A DNA stretch of 64,000 nt from Octopus vulgaris (GCA_951406725.2 OX597814.1:209188001-209252000); one strand, 5' to 3'. Shown: positions 1 to 14,046, counted from the first letter of the stretch. Made by a program: numbers and translations. Notes: generated by a model from the sequence alone, not told the origin.

Positions 1-306
1 TTAGGTGAATACAAAGCATAATATTAGTTAATGAATGACAAAAGAACGGCAGTTACGTAAAGCACAGACACATTCACACGCACACACATAACACACACAC
101 ACACACAAACATATTTCGAAGAAGATTTGAATTACAACAGTTCGCATTATTACATCATCGTCTTGACATCCACCCTCATATACTTCAAAATACTTGGAAC
201 CAGACAATAGATGTCAGCTCAGACATCTTAATTTGTATGATTAATTGAATTCCTACAAGTGATACTGAATACAGTTCTCCATAATAAATGTTTCTATATA
301 TGTTGA

Positions 307-345
<39 letters not shown>

Positions 346-623
346 TTGCGAGTATATGAAGGTTGTGTAAGGAACAATGTAAGCTCTCTACATGCAAAAT
401 GTGTAACCTAGGCTGTACTCTTACATTTATCAATTTCAATAAGAATAGTTATATTCGTAGATATATCTATTTCAAGAACACTCGCAAACGATATGAACAT
501 CATACTCTTACCACCCTTTGATGAATACCTCTAGTTATGAAAATTGATGCAAGTCGTCTGTCAAATTATATGTATGTAGTGATCTAAGATAAGATTTGCT
601 ACTGATTTGTTGTATAATAATAC

Positions 624-624
<1 letters not shown>

Positions 625-654
<30 letters not shown>

Positions 655-970
655 TGTATGTATGTATGTATGTATGTATGTATGTATGTATGTATGTATG
701 TATGCATGCATGCATGTATGTATGTATGTATGTATGTATGTGTGCATGCATGCATGTATGTATGTATGTATGTATGTATGTATGTATGTATGTATGTATG
801 TATGTATGTATGTATGTCATGTATGTGTGTATGTATGTATGTATGCATGCATGTATGTATGTATGTATGTATGTATGTATGTATGTGTGTATGTGTGCAT
901 GTATGTTTGCATGTATGTATGCATGCATGCATGCATGTATGTATGTATGAATGTATGTGTGTGTGTGTTT
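625..970. repeat. (TATG)n/(TG)n microsatellite
   Basis: Direct tandem repeat; source of the MYVC/HTYI pseudo-ORFs. Confidence 0.97.
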
Positions 971-1014
971 GAGTGTGTCTATCTATCTATCAATCTATCT
1001 TCTAATTATGCCAC

Positions 1015-1085
1015 GAGTATATGGCGTAGTGGTTAAGAGCGTGGGCTACTAACCCCAAGATTCCGAGTTCGATTCCAAGCAGTGA

Positions 1086-1145
<60 letters not shown>

Positions 1146-1156
1146 CAATAATAATA

Positions 1157-1216
<60 letters not shown>

Positions 1217-1363
1217 TCGAAAAATACCTTAGGAAGGAGAACCCAGGTTCGAAATTTCCCCAAGACACCTGATGACGGCTGGAGGGTATATCAGCCGAAA
1301 CGTTGCGTTAACAACAAACAAGATGAGGACAAATATCCGTCAAATGTAAATAATGTAAATAAT
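1015..1363 (+). mobile_element. tRNA-headed SINE-like element with internal (AAT)n and an HHR-bearing tail
   Basis: A-box TGGCGTAGTGG, B-box GAGTTCGATTCC, (AAT)n at 1090-1213, HHR core at 1264-1309, tail TGTAAATAATGTAAATAA. Confidence 0.75.
1264..1309 (+). ncRNA. Minimal type-I hammerhead ribozyme motif
   Basis: GACAC-CTGATGA-c-GGCTG(loop)CAGCC-GAAA-CGTT-GCGTT; palindromic AACGTT replaces stem III as in Penelope-like-element HHRs. Confidence 0.8.
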
Positions 1364-4300
1364 TCGACAATTGTCATGTAATCTAAGTAACTTATTCTAA
1401 GGAATGAGTATAGTGATAAAAGTTGTTGGTCCCACTCTCCTTACGCACATGCTCAAATATAACGTTATATATTTGTTATATTTTCTAACTCAGAGACGTG
1501 AGATGTTTTGGATTTTCTGTTTTGCTTTTTGCATTATATTAGTTCACTACGCAGTTGTGGATGAGTGATGTATCAGCTATTGTCTCTTTATTTCGCAATA
1601 CCAATACATTCTATGAAAAGTAAAATACTATAATATTATCTAGCAGAAACATATAAATAGCTACAGATAAACCAAATGTTCTTTGACGGTCGAATAATTA
1701 CGTAACTTTTCTCAATGCGAACCATTCATCAAAAAATGCTCAGCCTCGGTGTCGGATTTAAGTATAAACTACCTAATCTACTGCTCAGAGCCTCACAATC
1801 CACAAGGACCTAAAATACTTTAAAAATAAAAGAATATATAAGTTTTTATTTTTGTGAGATCGATTGTTAATTTTTAACAAGTGTCTCCTTAAATTTGTAT
1901 AGTTTAAAGTCTCTCCAATTCTAAATCCGGCAATGAAAACAAATATTTTAAGTTGGCTCAAATCAATAAATCACTAGTAAATTTTGTTGATCTTTAGATT
2001 TTCACAAACATTTTTGATGGAACAAGTTCATCGTTGCTTAGCCAACATGAAATAGCAAAGTTTCTCTTAAATAAATTCTATTATTTTATTTTTGTTTTGT
2101 TATAAAAGAAAAGGTATACTGTAGTCTGAGATAAGCTGTCAGAAAAAAAAAAAAACCGGAAAGATCGCTGTTAGAAACCATGTGATCAATCAAGTGGCTA
2201 AAAATGAAAAAGAAGAAGTAAGAAGAATAGGAGGAAGTGGAAACAGCATCAGTAAATTATACTACGAAGTGGCACTCAGGCTGAGCTGTTCAGAGATATA
2301 TATCTTCAACAGATTCTTTGATATCCCATTGACTCAGTCATTTGTGGGAAATAGGAAACTGCTGATTTTTATCTCTTTGTTCTATAGTGTTCACCAACAA
2401 AGCAATAAATTTTAGATTCAAAATGGCTTCCAAAACAACACAGAAGCTAGAACAAAATAAAATAATCAAAATAAAACAAAGAATAGGAACTAAAATTTTA
2501 CATATTCTCTAATTAAAAAAAAAAAAAGAATTCTAGCGCAATACATACTACTCTTCTCTACATTCTTAGGAAATATGCAACATCCAACATTCAAGAAACC
2601 TAATGTACTTGGATGGGTGTGTGGGTGTTGGGGGCATGCAGACTACCAAAGGTTTCATGCTCTGCACTCATTTAGACCTGTATGTTCAGAGATATAAAAA
2701 GTATTTTGTAAAAACAAAAGATATATGTATAAATATGTTACCTTTCGTTAAGAGAAATAACTCGTACATTGTAAATATGAGCTGTCTCAGGTTTTAATCT
2801 TGGATATGTTAGAAAACATTGAGGGATAATAAAATATGATATGTAACATTAAAGGGAAATCGATCCATCGTCAGCGGGTGAGGAGGAAATCTTCATAGTG
2901 GTAGAGGAGGGAAAAGGGTAGCTGAAAAAAAATAAGATTGAGGAATGCGAAAATGAGGACATAGAAAATGAAATGAGAGAACAGATGAAGAAGGTCTAAA
3001 GTGAAGCAATATGTTCGTGCAATTGTGTATTTTAGTCTTGTAAAGTTGGTATTGTCAAGTGCCATAAGAGGTATTTTTTGAAGTACTTGCATTTCATTAA
3101 TAGCTCTGCTCTACTGTTTACATAGCGATCTTGGTTATGAAGATTTTTGACCATTTTTCTTTTCTCTGATGTATAGAGACCACAGCATTTGCTTTCATTT
3201 TCGATGATTTTCCATGTAATGCTGTCGTCTGAAACATTGATTTAATTACCAAATGTATTCAGCTAATTTTCTTGTGCTCTTTTAGTTTATATGTCGATGG
3301 GAGGAAGCATGATTATAAAATCTTTGCTACTTCTCATTTTACTTTCCGCTCTCTCAAATTACAAAGCGCGCCGTGATATCATTTGGTCCATTTAATGTTA
3401 ATTCTAAATTAGCAAGGGTTTCTCACTTTATTTGACAAGCACTACGCTGCTAATTATAGCTATAGAAAACTTTTAAGAAACGCAGCATCAGAAGTTACAC
3501 TTGTACTACGAACATGAAAAGTTTGACACCACCCACACTCATCAGTAAAACATACGTAACACACTCGTGCAGAAACGCAAAATTTTACTCACAGGATAAA
3601 ACCTGCAACGCATAAAGAGGTCACTTCTATTAAACTTAACGAAATCTACAACATGCCTACTTCTTCAAATGTACTCTACGCTAGAAGAGTTTCTACTGAA
3701 GAAAACCAAAGAATTGGCTAAGTATATTCGGTTGAGAGAAGTTTACTCTGTCTGCTTTAAGTGATGTCTCATCAAGCAGCTATACAACCATATATGCATA
3801 ATACATGCATACATGCATACTCACAGATATGTATAAAGGCAGATTTGTGGAGAGTGGAGAGATGATGGAGGGAGTTAATTATAGCACTTTTAAAAACACG
3901 TCGTTCTTGCAGCAGTGGACTGGGTAATTGTAACTTAATTGGCTCAGTGGCAGAATTACTGTTATTGCCAATGACGAGTTGTGAACGTCAACTTTCATTC
4001 AGTAGATCATTTTCATAATTGCAATGCTAATTCTGTGATACAGCTGAAGGACAATGCCACAGAGGAAACGTTCTTCATACTAAATTCAAATTCAGCTGAA
4101 TATGACATATGTATTTTTAATACAGAGAATTGATAATATTCGACTAATTGAGATAATCAAACCAGTTCGAAGAGAAGCGCTCCCTCTAGGGATATTTGAA
4201 ACGTGACAGAATAAGTAAGGGAAATAACTTCAATAAGATCCGTTGATCAAGAGTGTTGAACAGTATAAATATTGAAGATTGAAATGGATTTTGTCTTTAA

Positions 4301-4393
4301 AACCAACTGGTCGAAACACTGGATTTGCCTTTTGGTTCAATAGGATCTCTTCAACGAATCGTATTTTATTCATTCTACGCAATATGTATAAAC

Positions 4394-4614
<221 letters not shown>

Positions 4615-4620
4615 ACTATA

Positions 4621-4838
4621 CATGAGGGACGCTGGAAAGTTACTGGCTTTAAGGGTGTCGCGAAAGGCCTGGTTGGAGGCCCAGCCTTCCGAGTTCTTTT
4701 AAAGGGTTTAGTAAAACTGAAAGACCACAGTAAATAGTGTGTGAATTTGAACAGGGAATATGTTGAATAAAATTATAATTAACTGATCCTCCTCTACTTT
4801 CTTTTACTCAAAGCCAGGAACTTTTTCAGCACACCGTC

Positions 4839-4840
<2 letters not shown>
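4621..4840. mobile_element. Mariner-derived MITE
   Basis: Imperfect TIRs GAGGGACGCTGGAAAGTTACTGGCTTT / AAAGCCAGGAACTTTTTCAGCACACCGTCG. Confidence 0.65.
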
Positions 4841-4892
<52 letters not shown>

Positions 4893-4981
4893 TAAATAAA
4901 AGGTGAAATTAATTAATTAGGGATAATTATCAATTACACCAAGTAGATTTCGGTATGTAAAAGCCCCATTCGAGGAAAATT

Positions 4982-5172
4982 TAAGTAATACTAAGTAATT
5001 AAGGGTTTAGCAACGAATTGCCTCACCAACACACCGAATTTAGAAATAGCAGTCAAAGAGATATAGCTATTCCTTTTAGTAGAAGGAATAGCTATATCTC
5101 TTTGACTGCTATTTCTAAATTCGGTGTGTTGGTGAGGCAATTCGTTGCTAAACCCTTAATTACTTAGTATTA

Positions 5173-5176
<4 letters not shown>
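4982..5176. repeat. Near-perfect fold-back palindrome (~94-bp arms) within a (TA)n-flanked element
   Basis: 4982-5075 is the reverse complement of 5083-5176. Confidence 0.95.
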
Positions 5177-5242
<66 letters not shown>

Positions 5243-5244
<2 letters not shown>

Positions 5245-6280
5245 GACATGACAGAAGTAAATAGACACGCTAGAAAATTTTTTTTATGCTTCAGGTTCTA
5301 TATGCCACTGTTTAATTATACCAGGCACAAAAGACACCTTGGAACTGTCTGAATTTTAAAGAGTCCGTATTGTGGGTTATTCTGAAGGTGGACATAATCA
5401 ACGCAAAATCGCAGAAAACCTTGGGATCCCACTTTCTACTGTTGTGATTGTGCAATTCACCAGAGAGGGGAAGGAGTCCACATCACATCACCCAGATCAA
5501 CCAGGACCCTCTGACACGAGCCTTCTCTTTGCTAAGAGAAGTGTTGAGGATGATCCTCGTTACAAGGTCTCTGATATAGCAGAAGAGGTTGACGTCAGTC
5601 CCAGAACAGCTGTCAGGCATGACCACCAACTTGGTTACTATGGCAGAGCAGCAAGAAGGAAGCCACTTCTTCGATCAGCCAACATCTAGCGGAGAAAAGA
5701 TTGGGCCAGTGAGATGGTAGAGAGGCTACTAGCATTTTGGGACACTGTCATATTATCTGATGAGTCCAGATACTCTGTATTTTCTGATAGTGGTCGAGTG
5801 TGGGTCTGGAGACTGTGATCAAGAATTTGATGATGAAACATGGCAGCTATTCTGTGATGGTCTGGGGAGCAATTTGGAGCAATAGTTGATCAGAGCTGGT
5901 GGAGTGTGAGGGAAGCATAAACTCAGATAAATATGTGTTCATATTGCAGAAAGGACTCCTTCCAATCTTCTCCAGTGGTGAAATGATTAAAGAAGACTAT
6001 TTATGGAAGATGAGGCTCCTTGTCACACGGCTAAAATGACCCAAGATTTGTAGAATGAAAATGGCACTAAAAAGCTTCCATGGCCAAGCCAGTTACCAGA
6101 TACAAACTCGATTGAACACATCTGGGACATGGTGGACAGGACACTTCATAAAAGGAACAAGAAAACATCTTCAAAGCCAGATCTTTTGAGATTACTGCAT
6201 GAAACTTGGCAAGAAATTTCCGCAATAGAACGTTCGTCATCTGATCAGTAACATGACTGATAGAGTATTGCATATTCTAC
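5243..6280 (+). pseudogene. Decayed Tc1-family (DD34E) transposase element
   Basis: HTH ([16 protein letters not shown]), [45 protein letters not shown]; stops and frameshifts; starts CAGACATGACAGAAGTAAATAGACAC after TA. Confidence 0.93.
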
Positions 6281-6600
6281 TAAACATTAAATATTCACTT
6301 TATAACAATGAATAACTAATTTCAGATTTAATGTATAATAAACAGTTCAACAGTGACAATTTATAACTGAGAAAACAATTACTAAATACTCCGCTATTAA
6401 ATTGAAGGAATTAAAACAATTGATATTTGTTTTAATATCTGTTCATATAGATTATATTGTTTTTAGTATATTTAAACTAAGACATATTTTAATTAGTTCT
6501 ATCTCAAGATATCAAGTACTTTCCTGATATTCATATCAATGTATCATTAAGATATATTGTTTATATTGCAATATTTAATTTTATATGTATAAGTCTGTTC

Positions 6601-7047
<447 letters not shown>

Positions 7048-7269
7048 AGATAATATATGTATTGAGAGATAATCGTGTTATTGAGACCCAAGGTGTCAGA
7101 TAATACTGAATAAGTGCTATAGACAGACCATTAGTTAAGTTCCAGATTCGGTAATTTTGCGAATAAGGGGTTCAACGTTGGTTCTATGTCAGTGTGTATA
7201 TAACAATATTTTGCGTAATAAGATAAAGAATCAAATCTGTGTAGATATTAGAGCATTTATAGATAGAAG

Positions 7270-7321
7270 GTCTTACAGCTGTTTCTAGGATATTTTTTAA
7301 TTATATCCCTTCATCGGAGAC
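7270..7321 (-). ncRNA. Type-I hammerhead ribozyme motif
   Basis: Reverse complement GTCT-CCGATGA-a-GGGATAT(loop)ATATCCT-a-GAAA-CAGCTG-TA-AGAC; stem I GTCT/AGAC, GUA cleavage triplet, U4C variant core. Confidence 0.75.
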
Positions 7322-7482
7322 GATGTGAGAGGATGGTTAAGTCATAGTTAGTTTAGATGTGATACAAAATAGAGAGTGAGGTGGAGGAAAGAAAATAGAT
7401 GCAAGATATGTATGGATATTGAAGTTGTAAATCCATTATTTTAGGCATAATGGTGTATATGCAATATTCCAATATCCTTTGA

Positions 7483-7707
7483 GTAAAGTCCAAAAGTCCA
7501 ACAGAGTTTAAAATGGGTCCTTCCAAACATAGAGTTTATAAGCAATGTAAGATTCCCTTATGAGTGAGATCCAGCAGATTTTTAAACTTGGTCGTTTCCA
7601 GTAGAGAATATATACAACGTTGCAGAGTCAGAGGGAATCTTACATTGCTTATAAACTCTATATTTGGAAGGACCCATTTTAAACTCTGTTGGACTTTTGG
7701 ACTTTAC
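7483..7707. repeat. Inverted repeat (~76-bp arms, ~73-bp spacer)
   Basis: 7483-7558 vs 7632-7707. Confidence 0.93.
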
Positions 7708-7903
7708 ACCTACTAGGTAAGGTGGCAGAAGTTATCTCCCGCTTGTAGTAAATATCGAGTGCGAGAAGCGCACTGAATAAACCAGCTGGAAGAGATGTCT
7801 TCCTGAGTTAAATGGCCGTATGGCCATCTCTTAGAGGAGAGTCGTATTAAAGTATATATATATATATATATTTAAAAAAAGGAGATGTCGAACACGAGTG
7901 GTG

Positions 7904-8579
7904 ATATATAAAAAGGAAATGAAGAAAATGCTGACAAATAATTGAAGTAATTTAAGTAATTTAATTAGGTGAAAGTTCTTTTTACCGGTTGCGCATTTGT
8001 TATGCTTATCAAAATATAAAAAGAGATTAGTCTGTCTCTTATATGTGAAAAAAAGAGGCTCCAGAGTTGTTTGGGATTTGCTTGGTTTCGCGCCTAAAAT
8101 TTTGATTGGTCATTATGAAGGGGTCACGTGAATGTTTGAATGGAAGTTGGTGTTGGGGTAAGAAAAAATATCCACATGACGTCTACTGACCAGCCTGAAC
8201 AATAAGAATTTTCAACAACACTATTTTCGAAAATTCTAAACATTCACGTGACCTCTTTATTATGGCCAATAAGAAATTTTAGGCGGGACACTAGCCAAAT
8301 TTTAACTTCTCTGGAGCCTTTTTTCTTACCCCAACACCAACTTCCATTCAAACATTCACGTGACCCCTTCATAATGACCAATCAAAATTTTAGGCGCGAA
8401 ACCAAGCAAATCCCAAACAACTCTGGAGCCTCTTTTTTTCACATATAAGAGACAGACTCTAATCTCTCTTTTATATTTTGATAAGCATAACAAATGCGCA
8501 ACCGGTAAAAGAACTTTCACCTAATTAAATTACTTAAATTACTTCAATTATTTGTCAGCATTTTCTTCATTTCCTTTTT

Positions 8580-8586
<7 letters not shown>
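7904..8586. repeat. Inverted repeat (~265-bp arms) between (TA)n tracts
   Basis: 7904-8168 vs 8319-8586; spacer holds a diverged tandem copy of an internal ~115-bp unit. Confidence 0.95.
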
Positions 8587-8612
<26 letters not shown>

Positions 8613-8653
8613 GTATATATATGTATATATGTATATATATGTATATGTATATA

Positions 8654-8833
<180 letters not shown>

Positions 8834-8836
8834 TTT

Positions 8837-9135
8837 CGGAGATGTACTCGCATAGCAAGTAATTTGATCTGAGATCGTGTGCTGAAACAACTGATTTCAC
8901 AAGAAACTTTTGTAGGATTGAAGAAGACATGACTTCTCGTATTCGGTCTAAGTTCTTCTAAAGTCTCACTGACAAAGTCCGTGCTGCATCTAAGCTAAGA
9001 TGCAGCACGGACTTCAGTGAACAGATCGCGAGATTTTAGCGACGAAAATATTTTGACAAATTAAACTTAAATGTTGAAGTGAATCGAACGGCTTTTGTGT
9101 GTTTCTTAAATGGCTTATAAACACCTTCCACGCTG
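8837..9135 (-). mobile_element. Mariner-like transposon remnant with a 17-bp-arm hairpin at 8975-9014
   Basis: Shares GAAGACATGACTTCTCGTATTCGGTCTAAGTTCTTCTAAAGT with the 9488-9835 remnant. Confidence 0.55.
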
Positions 9136-9142
9136 CAATTGT

Positions 9143-9177
<35 letters not shown>

Positions 9178-9366
9178 CGGGAAGCTTTATGAAAATAAAC
9201 AAAAGACGAAGGCAGGTGGAATACAAACAAACAATGTGTACAAATAGTTACTTCTTCAAGACGTATCGTACTGTATGAATAAGGATTATTAATGTGTGAT
9301 GTTTCTGGATGTATAGAGCTCAGCCAATGATCTGTGAGATTAGAAAGGAGTATATATGTATATATG

Positions 9367-9439
<73 letters not shown>

Positions 9440-9487
9440 ATATATATATGTATACACACACACACACTCACACACATATATATATGT

Positions 9488-9835
9488 AGGGTGATTGGAA
9501 AGTAGCTCCATATTTTAAAATACTTATAAATGATTTATTGATCGTAACTTTTAGAAAAATAATGAATATGAAAGGAAAGATTTAGTATGAGGCTTTATTT
9601 AAAATTCGATGTGGGCTCCAGATGTCGCCACCAACTTCTTGAGTTGCCCAGGTATTGGGTCAACTGATTTCACTAGAAACTTTTCTGGGATTGAAGACAT
9701 GACTTCTCGTATTCGGTCTAAGTTCTTCTAAAGTGTTTGGTACAGTAGACTTTTTTCCTTTAACCAACTCTAAAGAAAAAAGTCACAGGGTTTTAAGTCG
9801 GGACTGTTGGCTGGCCACTCATGCAGACCACAACG
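9488..9835 (-). mobile_element. Tc1/mariner-superfamily transposase C-terminal remnant with TIR
   Basis: Minus-strand SPDLKPCDFF motif; terminus AGGGTGATTGGAAAGT next to TA. Confidence 0.7.
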
Positions 9836-9843
9836 AATGTATG

Positions 9844-9877
<34 letters not shown>

Positions 9878-9907
9878 TGTATGTATGTATGTATGTATGT
9901 ATGTATG

Positions 9908-10457
9908 TCAAGTCACTTTCGAGTGCTACTGGTAATATGTAGCCCAGTACAACCTGTTGCATGATCGGGTCGTCGGCGACTAAACTGGCATCCCCACCAA
10001 GCTTGCTTGGTTAAGTGTGTTTATTGGACACCCTGCGGGATGAAAAACCAAACTCGTCAAAGGGCAGAGGAACTCTTGAGAGTCAACGGCCATCCAATAA
10101 ATGTCTTAAGGCTGTATCATGCGCGGGGACAGAGAAATAATCGGACTGAATACCCGATCGCGCGGTTAAACCATTGGGAGTGAAGGACTCCTAGCCTTTG
10201 TTAGGGCATCCTTCTAGGAGAAGGTAACTCAGGAAACTGGGATAACTCTGACATAAAACCTGCGGCTCAGTGGTTACCGATGATGTTGACTTGTTCTTCT
10301 TTTCGGATTATGGCTGCTGTTGCTTAGTGAGTGGGATTGACTCAGTGCACAGCCTTTCCTCACTTTAAAAAAATCTTCTTGCACAGGCATTGCATGATAA
10401 CAACATTGATTAAGCTTCGTGCGATGGCCATACTCGATAACGAAGGGGCAGCCACCA
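9908..10457 (+). mobile_element. Retroelement 5'-region fragment (RTE-like) inserted in (TATG)n
   Basis: GC-richer block flanked by (TATG)n; CTAGGAGAAGGTAACTC resembles RTE 5' UTR motifs. Confidence 0.4.
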
Positions 10458-11036
10458 TGTATGTATGTATGTATGTATGTATGTATGTATGTATGTATGT
10501 ATGTATGTATGTATGTATGTATGCATGTATGTATGTATGTAAACACACACATACACACACAAACATATATATACATAGACACATCTATATGTGTACAAAT
10601 AGTTACTTCTTCAAGACGTATCGTACTGTATGAATAAGGATTATTAATGTGCGATGTCTCTGGATATATAGAGCTCAGCCAATGATCTGTGAGATTAGAA
10701 AGGAGTCTGTAACCATATTTTCAGCAAGGATTTTCAGAAGAATTCATCAAAGATGATTATACTTCACTATACATCTTATTGAGCCTCCTGAAAATGTTCG
10801 ACAATGTTACAGCTTAGAGAGCTGTTGAAACATTACATTTCCTCAGCTTCCAGACGTATTGGGTTAATGTAGAGTTAATCCTATATTACATTGTGAAGAA
10901 GTGTGTATGCTCTATGTATTTTCCATTAATATCATGTGACCCATTAATCTCACGTGACTCCTCTCAATATCAAGTCACTTGTGGGTTTTTTTTCTCTCTA
11001 CGCAAGTAAACGCAGTTGTGAAATACTTGTTGTTAA

Positions 11037-11280
11037 GGCGGCGAGCTGGCAGAAACGTTAGCAAGCCGGGCGAAATGCTTAGCGTTATTTCGTCTGGCGT
11101 TATGTTCTGAGTTCAAATTCCGCCGAGGTCGACTTTGCCTTTCATCCTTTCGGGGTCGATAAATTAAGTACCAGTTACGCATTGGGGTAGATGTGATCGA
11201 CTTAATTCCTTTGTCTGTCCTTGTTTGTCCTCTCTATGTTTAGCCCCTTGTGGGCAATAAAGAAAAAAGAAATAAGAAAT
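11037..11280 (+). mobile_element. SINE family A (tRNA-derived)
   Basis: GGCGGCGAGCTGGCAGAAACGTTAGC...GAGTTCAAATTCC...GCCTTTCATCCTTTCGGGGTCGATAAA...AATAAAGAAA; TSD GAAATACTTGTTGTTAAG. Confidence 0.93.
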
Positions 11281-11646
11281 ACTTGTTGTTAAGTGAATTT
11301 TAAGTGGTGATATTACGTAGAGTATTTTCGATATAACAGGAAACCACCAAAGTAAAACAAGCCCGCGCTTGCCCAAAGTACACAGAGCTGTGTTCAGTTG
11401 TTCGGTGAAAGCGCGTTATTTAAACTACTTTTAAAATGAAAATAATGGTTTTTGATTCTGACAAAGAGGAGAGAATTAATCGATATCAAGGACTCCAGTA
11501 CTTAAATGGTACCTTATTCTATCGACTCTGAAAGAATGAAAGACAAAGTTGACAGCATTGAGGGCGATGGAGTTTGAACTCAGAGTGTTAAGAACGGGAA
11601 CAAGTACCTATTTCTTTACTACCTATTTCTTTAAGAACGGGAACAA

Positions 11647-12068
11647 GTACCTATTTCTTTACTATCCACAAGGGGTTAAACACAGAGGGGACAACCAAGG
11701 ACAGACAAACGGATTAAGTCGATTATATTTCGACCCCAGTGCGTAACTGGTACTTATTTAATCGACCCCCGAAAGGATGAAAGGCAAAGTCGACCTCGGC
11801 GGAATTTGAACTCAGAACGTAGTGGCAGCCGAAATACCTATTTCTTTACTACCCACAAGGGGCTAAACACAGAGAGGACAAACAAGGACAGACAAACGGA
11901 TTAAGTCGATTATATTTCGATCCCAGTGCGTAACTGGTACTTATTTAATCGACCCCCGAAAGGATGAAAGGCAAAGTCAACCTCGGCGGAATTTGAACTC
12001 AGAACGTAGTGGCAGCCGAAATACCGCTAAGCATTTCGCCCGGCGCGCTAACGTTTCTGCCAGCTCGG
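11647..12068 (-). mobile_element. SINE family A, tandem partial + full copy
   Basis: Two head-to-tail copies, reverse orientation. Confidence 0.9.
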
Positions 12069-13396
12069 GAACAAATACTTTGCGCAAAGTATTTTTTCAC
12101 AACCATCGGAGCACTCCCTACGTCCGCAGGTCCGCGAGATGGTTGTTACTTGTAGACAGTTTTGAGTAGGAACCGGAAAAAGAAGTATGAACACGCAATG
12201 CATATGTCACATGTCGCTGTTTTAATTATGCAGATAACACTATGTTTCTATTGACAGTGAAAATCCCCGTTTCTGTGCCACCTAACGGAAATGTCAAAAT
12301 GACGTTAGAAAATAACCAGAAAAATCAATGGCTATACAAAATGACAATACTATTTTTATCTATAAAAACAAGGACAATTTAAGTCTTTTTCATTGAAAAA
12401 GCTTTTTCATGCAGCTTAGTTTTGATGCTCTGACAATCTTGTTAGTTCAGTGATAATTAGTGTGTTGCCCTTTTCACAAATGACGAGTATGGCGATACCC
12501 TTTTGTCATCATGTGTAATAGTGTGAGACATGGCGTACATACAATAATTATGATTTAACTTTTATTGAATTTGCCATTCTCTTTGCTTTCATTTTCTTTT
12601 CTGTACTAATGTCCGTTGTTTTAATTGCTTGCATTTCTCCATTTTGTAGTTTCATGAAACAATTCATTGAAAAGACTTTTACGTATACACTTTGTGGTAT
12701 TCGTTTCACTCGATAACATGGTCGAAGCGTTGTAACTGTGATGTACTTGTCTAGAGAAGATATATAAGCTGTATGAATAATTGCTAAGAAAACAATAATT
12801 TTGAAAGAAGGATAAAAATGTTACTAGTGTTAGGTTTTGCTACTTTTCTTGTTAAGTATTCGACAATTGAAGAATATTACATGCTATAACAATATATCGG
12901 CTGCTTTTATAGCCACGTGACGCTTACACTCACAAATCTCTGTCATCGGATCATAGACCTCATAGAAACGACAAAATTCTGAAAAATTGTGTTGTATTAT
13001 TTCTAGAATATACTACAAAGCAGTAAATAAGTCAGTTTAATTAACCCGAGGAATCAAAGTATATATATTGCACATGTAGAATCCCATGAATGTCTACAAA
13101 AATCCATGTATATTTTTGTAGTACATTACTGATTTTTCATTCACATACTTACACAAACATGTATGGCTCGGTACTCAGTCGAATTTGTTTCTTTATAATG
13201 TTCTAAAAAATGCACATTTTTTATATATGAAATTTTGCAGAGATACATTTTTACAGTGTACATTAAGATTAGTTGATAACATTAAAATAATTTTGGCGGA
13301 GGAATTTTGGATCACTCTCTCCTTGCCAATTCTAATTAAAATGCTTATTTTAATTAAAATGACATTTGCAGATATAAATCTTATGATAATGATTTC

Positions 13397-13461
<65 letters not shown>

Positions 13462-13463
<2 letters not shown>

Positions 13464-13893
13464 GAGTGAGAGAGAGCAGTGCATGCCATCAAAGTGACAC
13501 TGGGGTAAAATATACGAAGCCTAGTATACCCATCATGACTACCCGTCTGATAAGGGTACACTAGGCATATGCATCACAACCATATGTGCGCGACATGGCG
13601 ATCTCATATCAAGATAAACAGTGCATGACCTTGCAGGTGGGGCTCAGTTAGAATTTTCTTCTGGTCGAGTAACCCATCCAGCTCAAAAGGTCCCTGAATA
13701 AGGGTTGCTTAAGGATATTGAACGAACCACCCATGTTTCCAGAGGTGAATTATTCAAACCCCAAAGAATCCCTCTCAACACATGGCTATGATGTTCCCCC
13801 ACTACTTCTGCTCATGATCAGAGATGCACATATCATCAGCCACTAAGAGACATGCTCAACTGGTTACGGTCAAACAACTGACAAGCAAATCTG
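13462..13893. mobile_element. Unclassified interspersed element inserted in (TTA)n
   Basis: GC-richer block flanked on both sides by (TTA)n. Confidence 0.45.
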
Positions 13894-14046
13894 TATTATT
13901 ATTATTATTATTACTTTTTTTTTTTCTTCTTTCAAATTTTCTTCCATTTCTTGCCGAGTGTCTTCCCGACTCCTAGGGCAAAGAAACTCATAGTGTATAT
14001 TGGTAGGCCATTAAACCAAACTCAGTAGTTCGTTAATTTTTTTTAA

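Noticed and set aside
535-1036. Long [20 protein letters not shown] and homopolymer ORFs throughout the window
   Set aside because: Stop-free translations of microsatellites, not genes
1015-1085. tRNA gene
   Set aside because: No acceptor stem or terminator; it is a SINE head, as are the other tRNA-like heads
3520-3552. CTGATGA on the minus strand as an HHR
   Set aside because: No GAAA and no convincing stem II
13775-13845. GGCTGATGA...GAAG as an HHR (minus strand)
   Set aside because: Core and stem III cannot be built canonically
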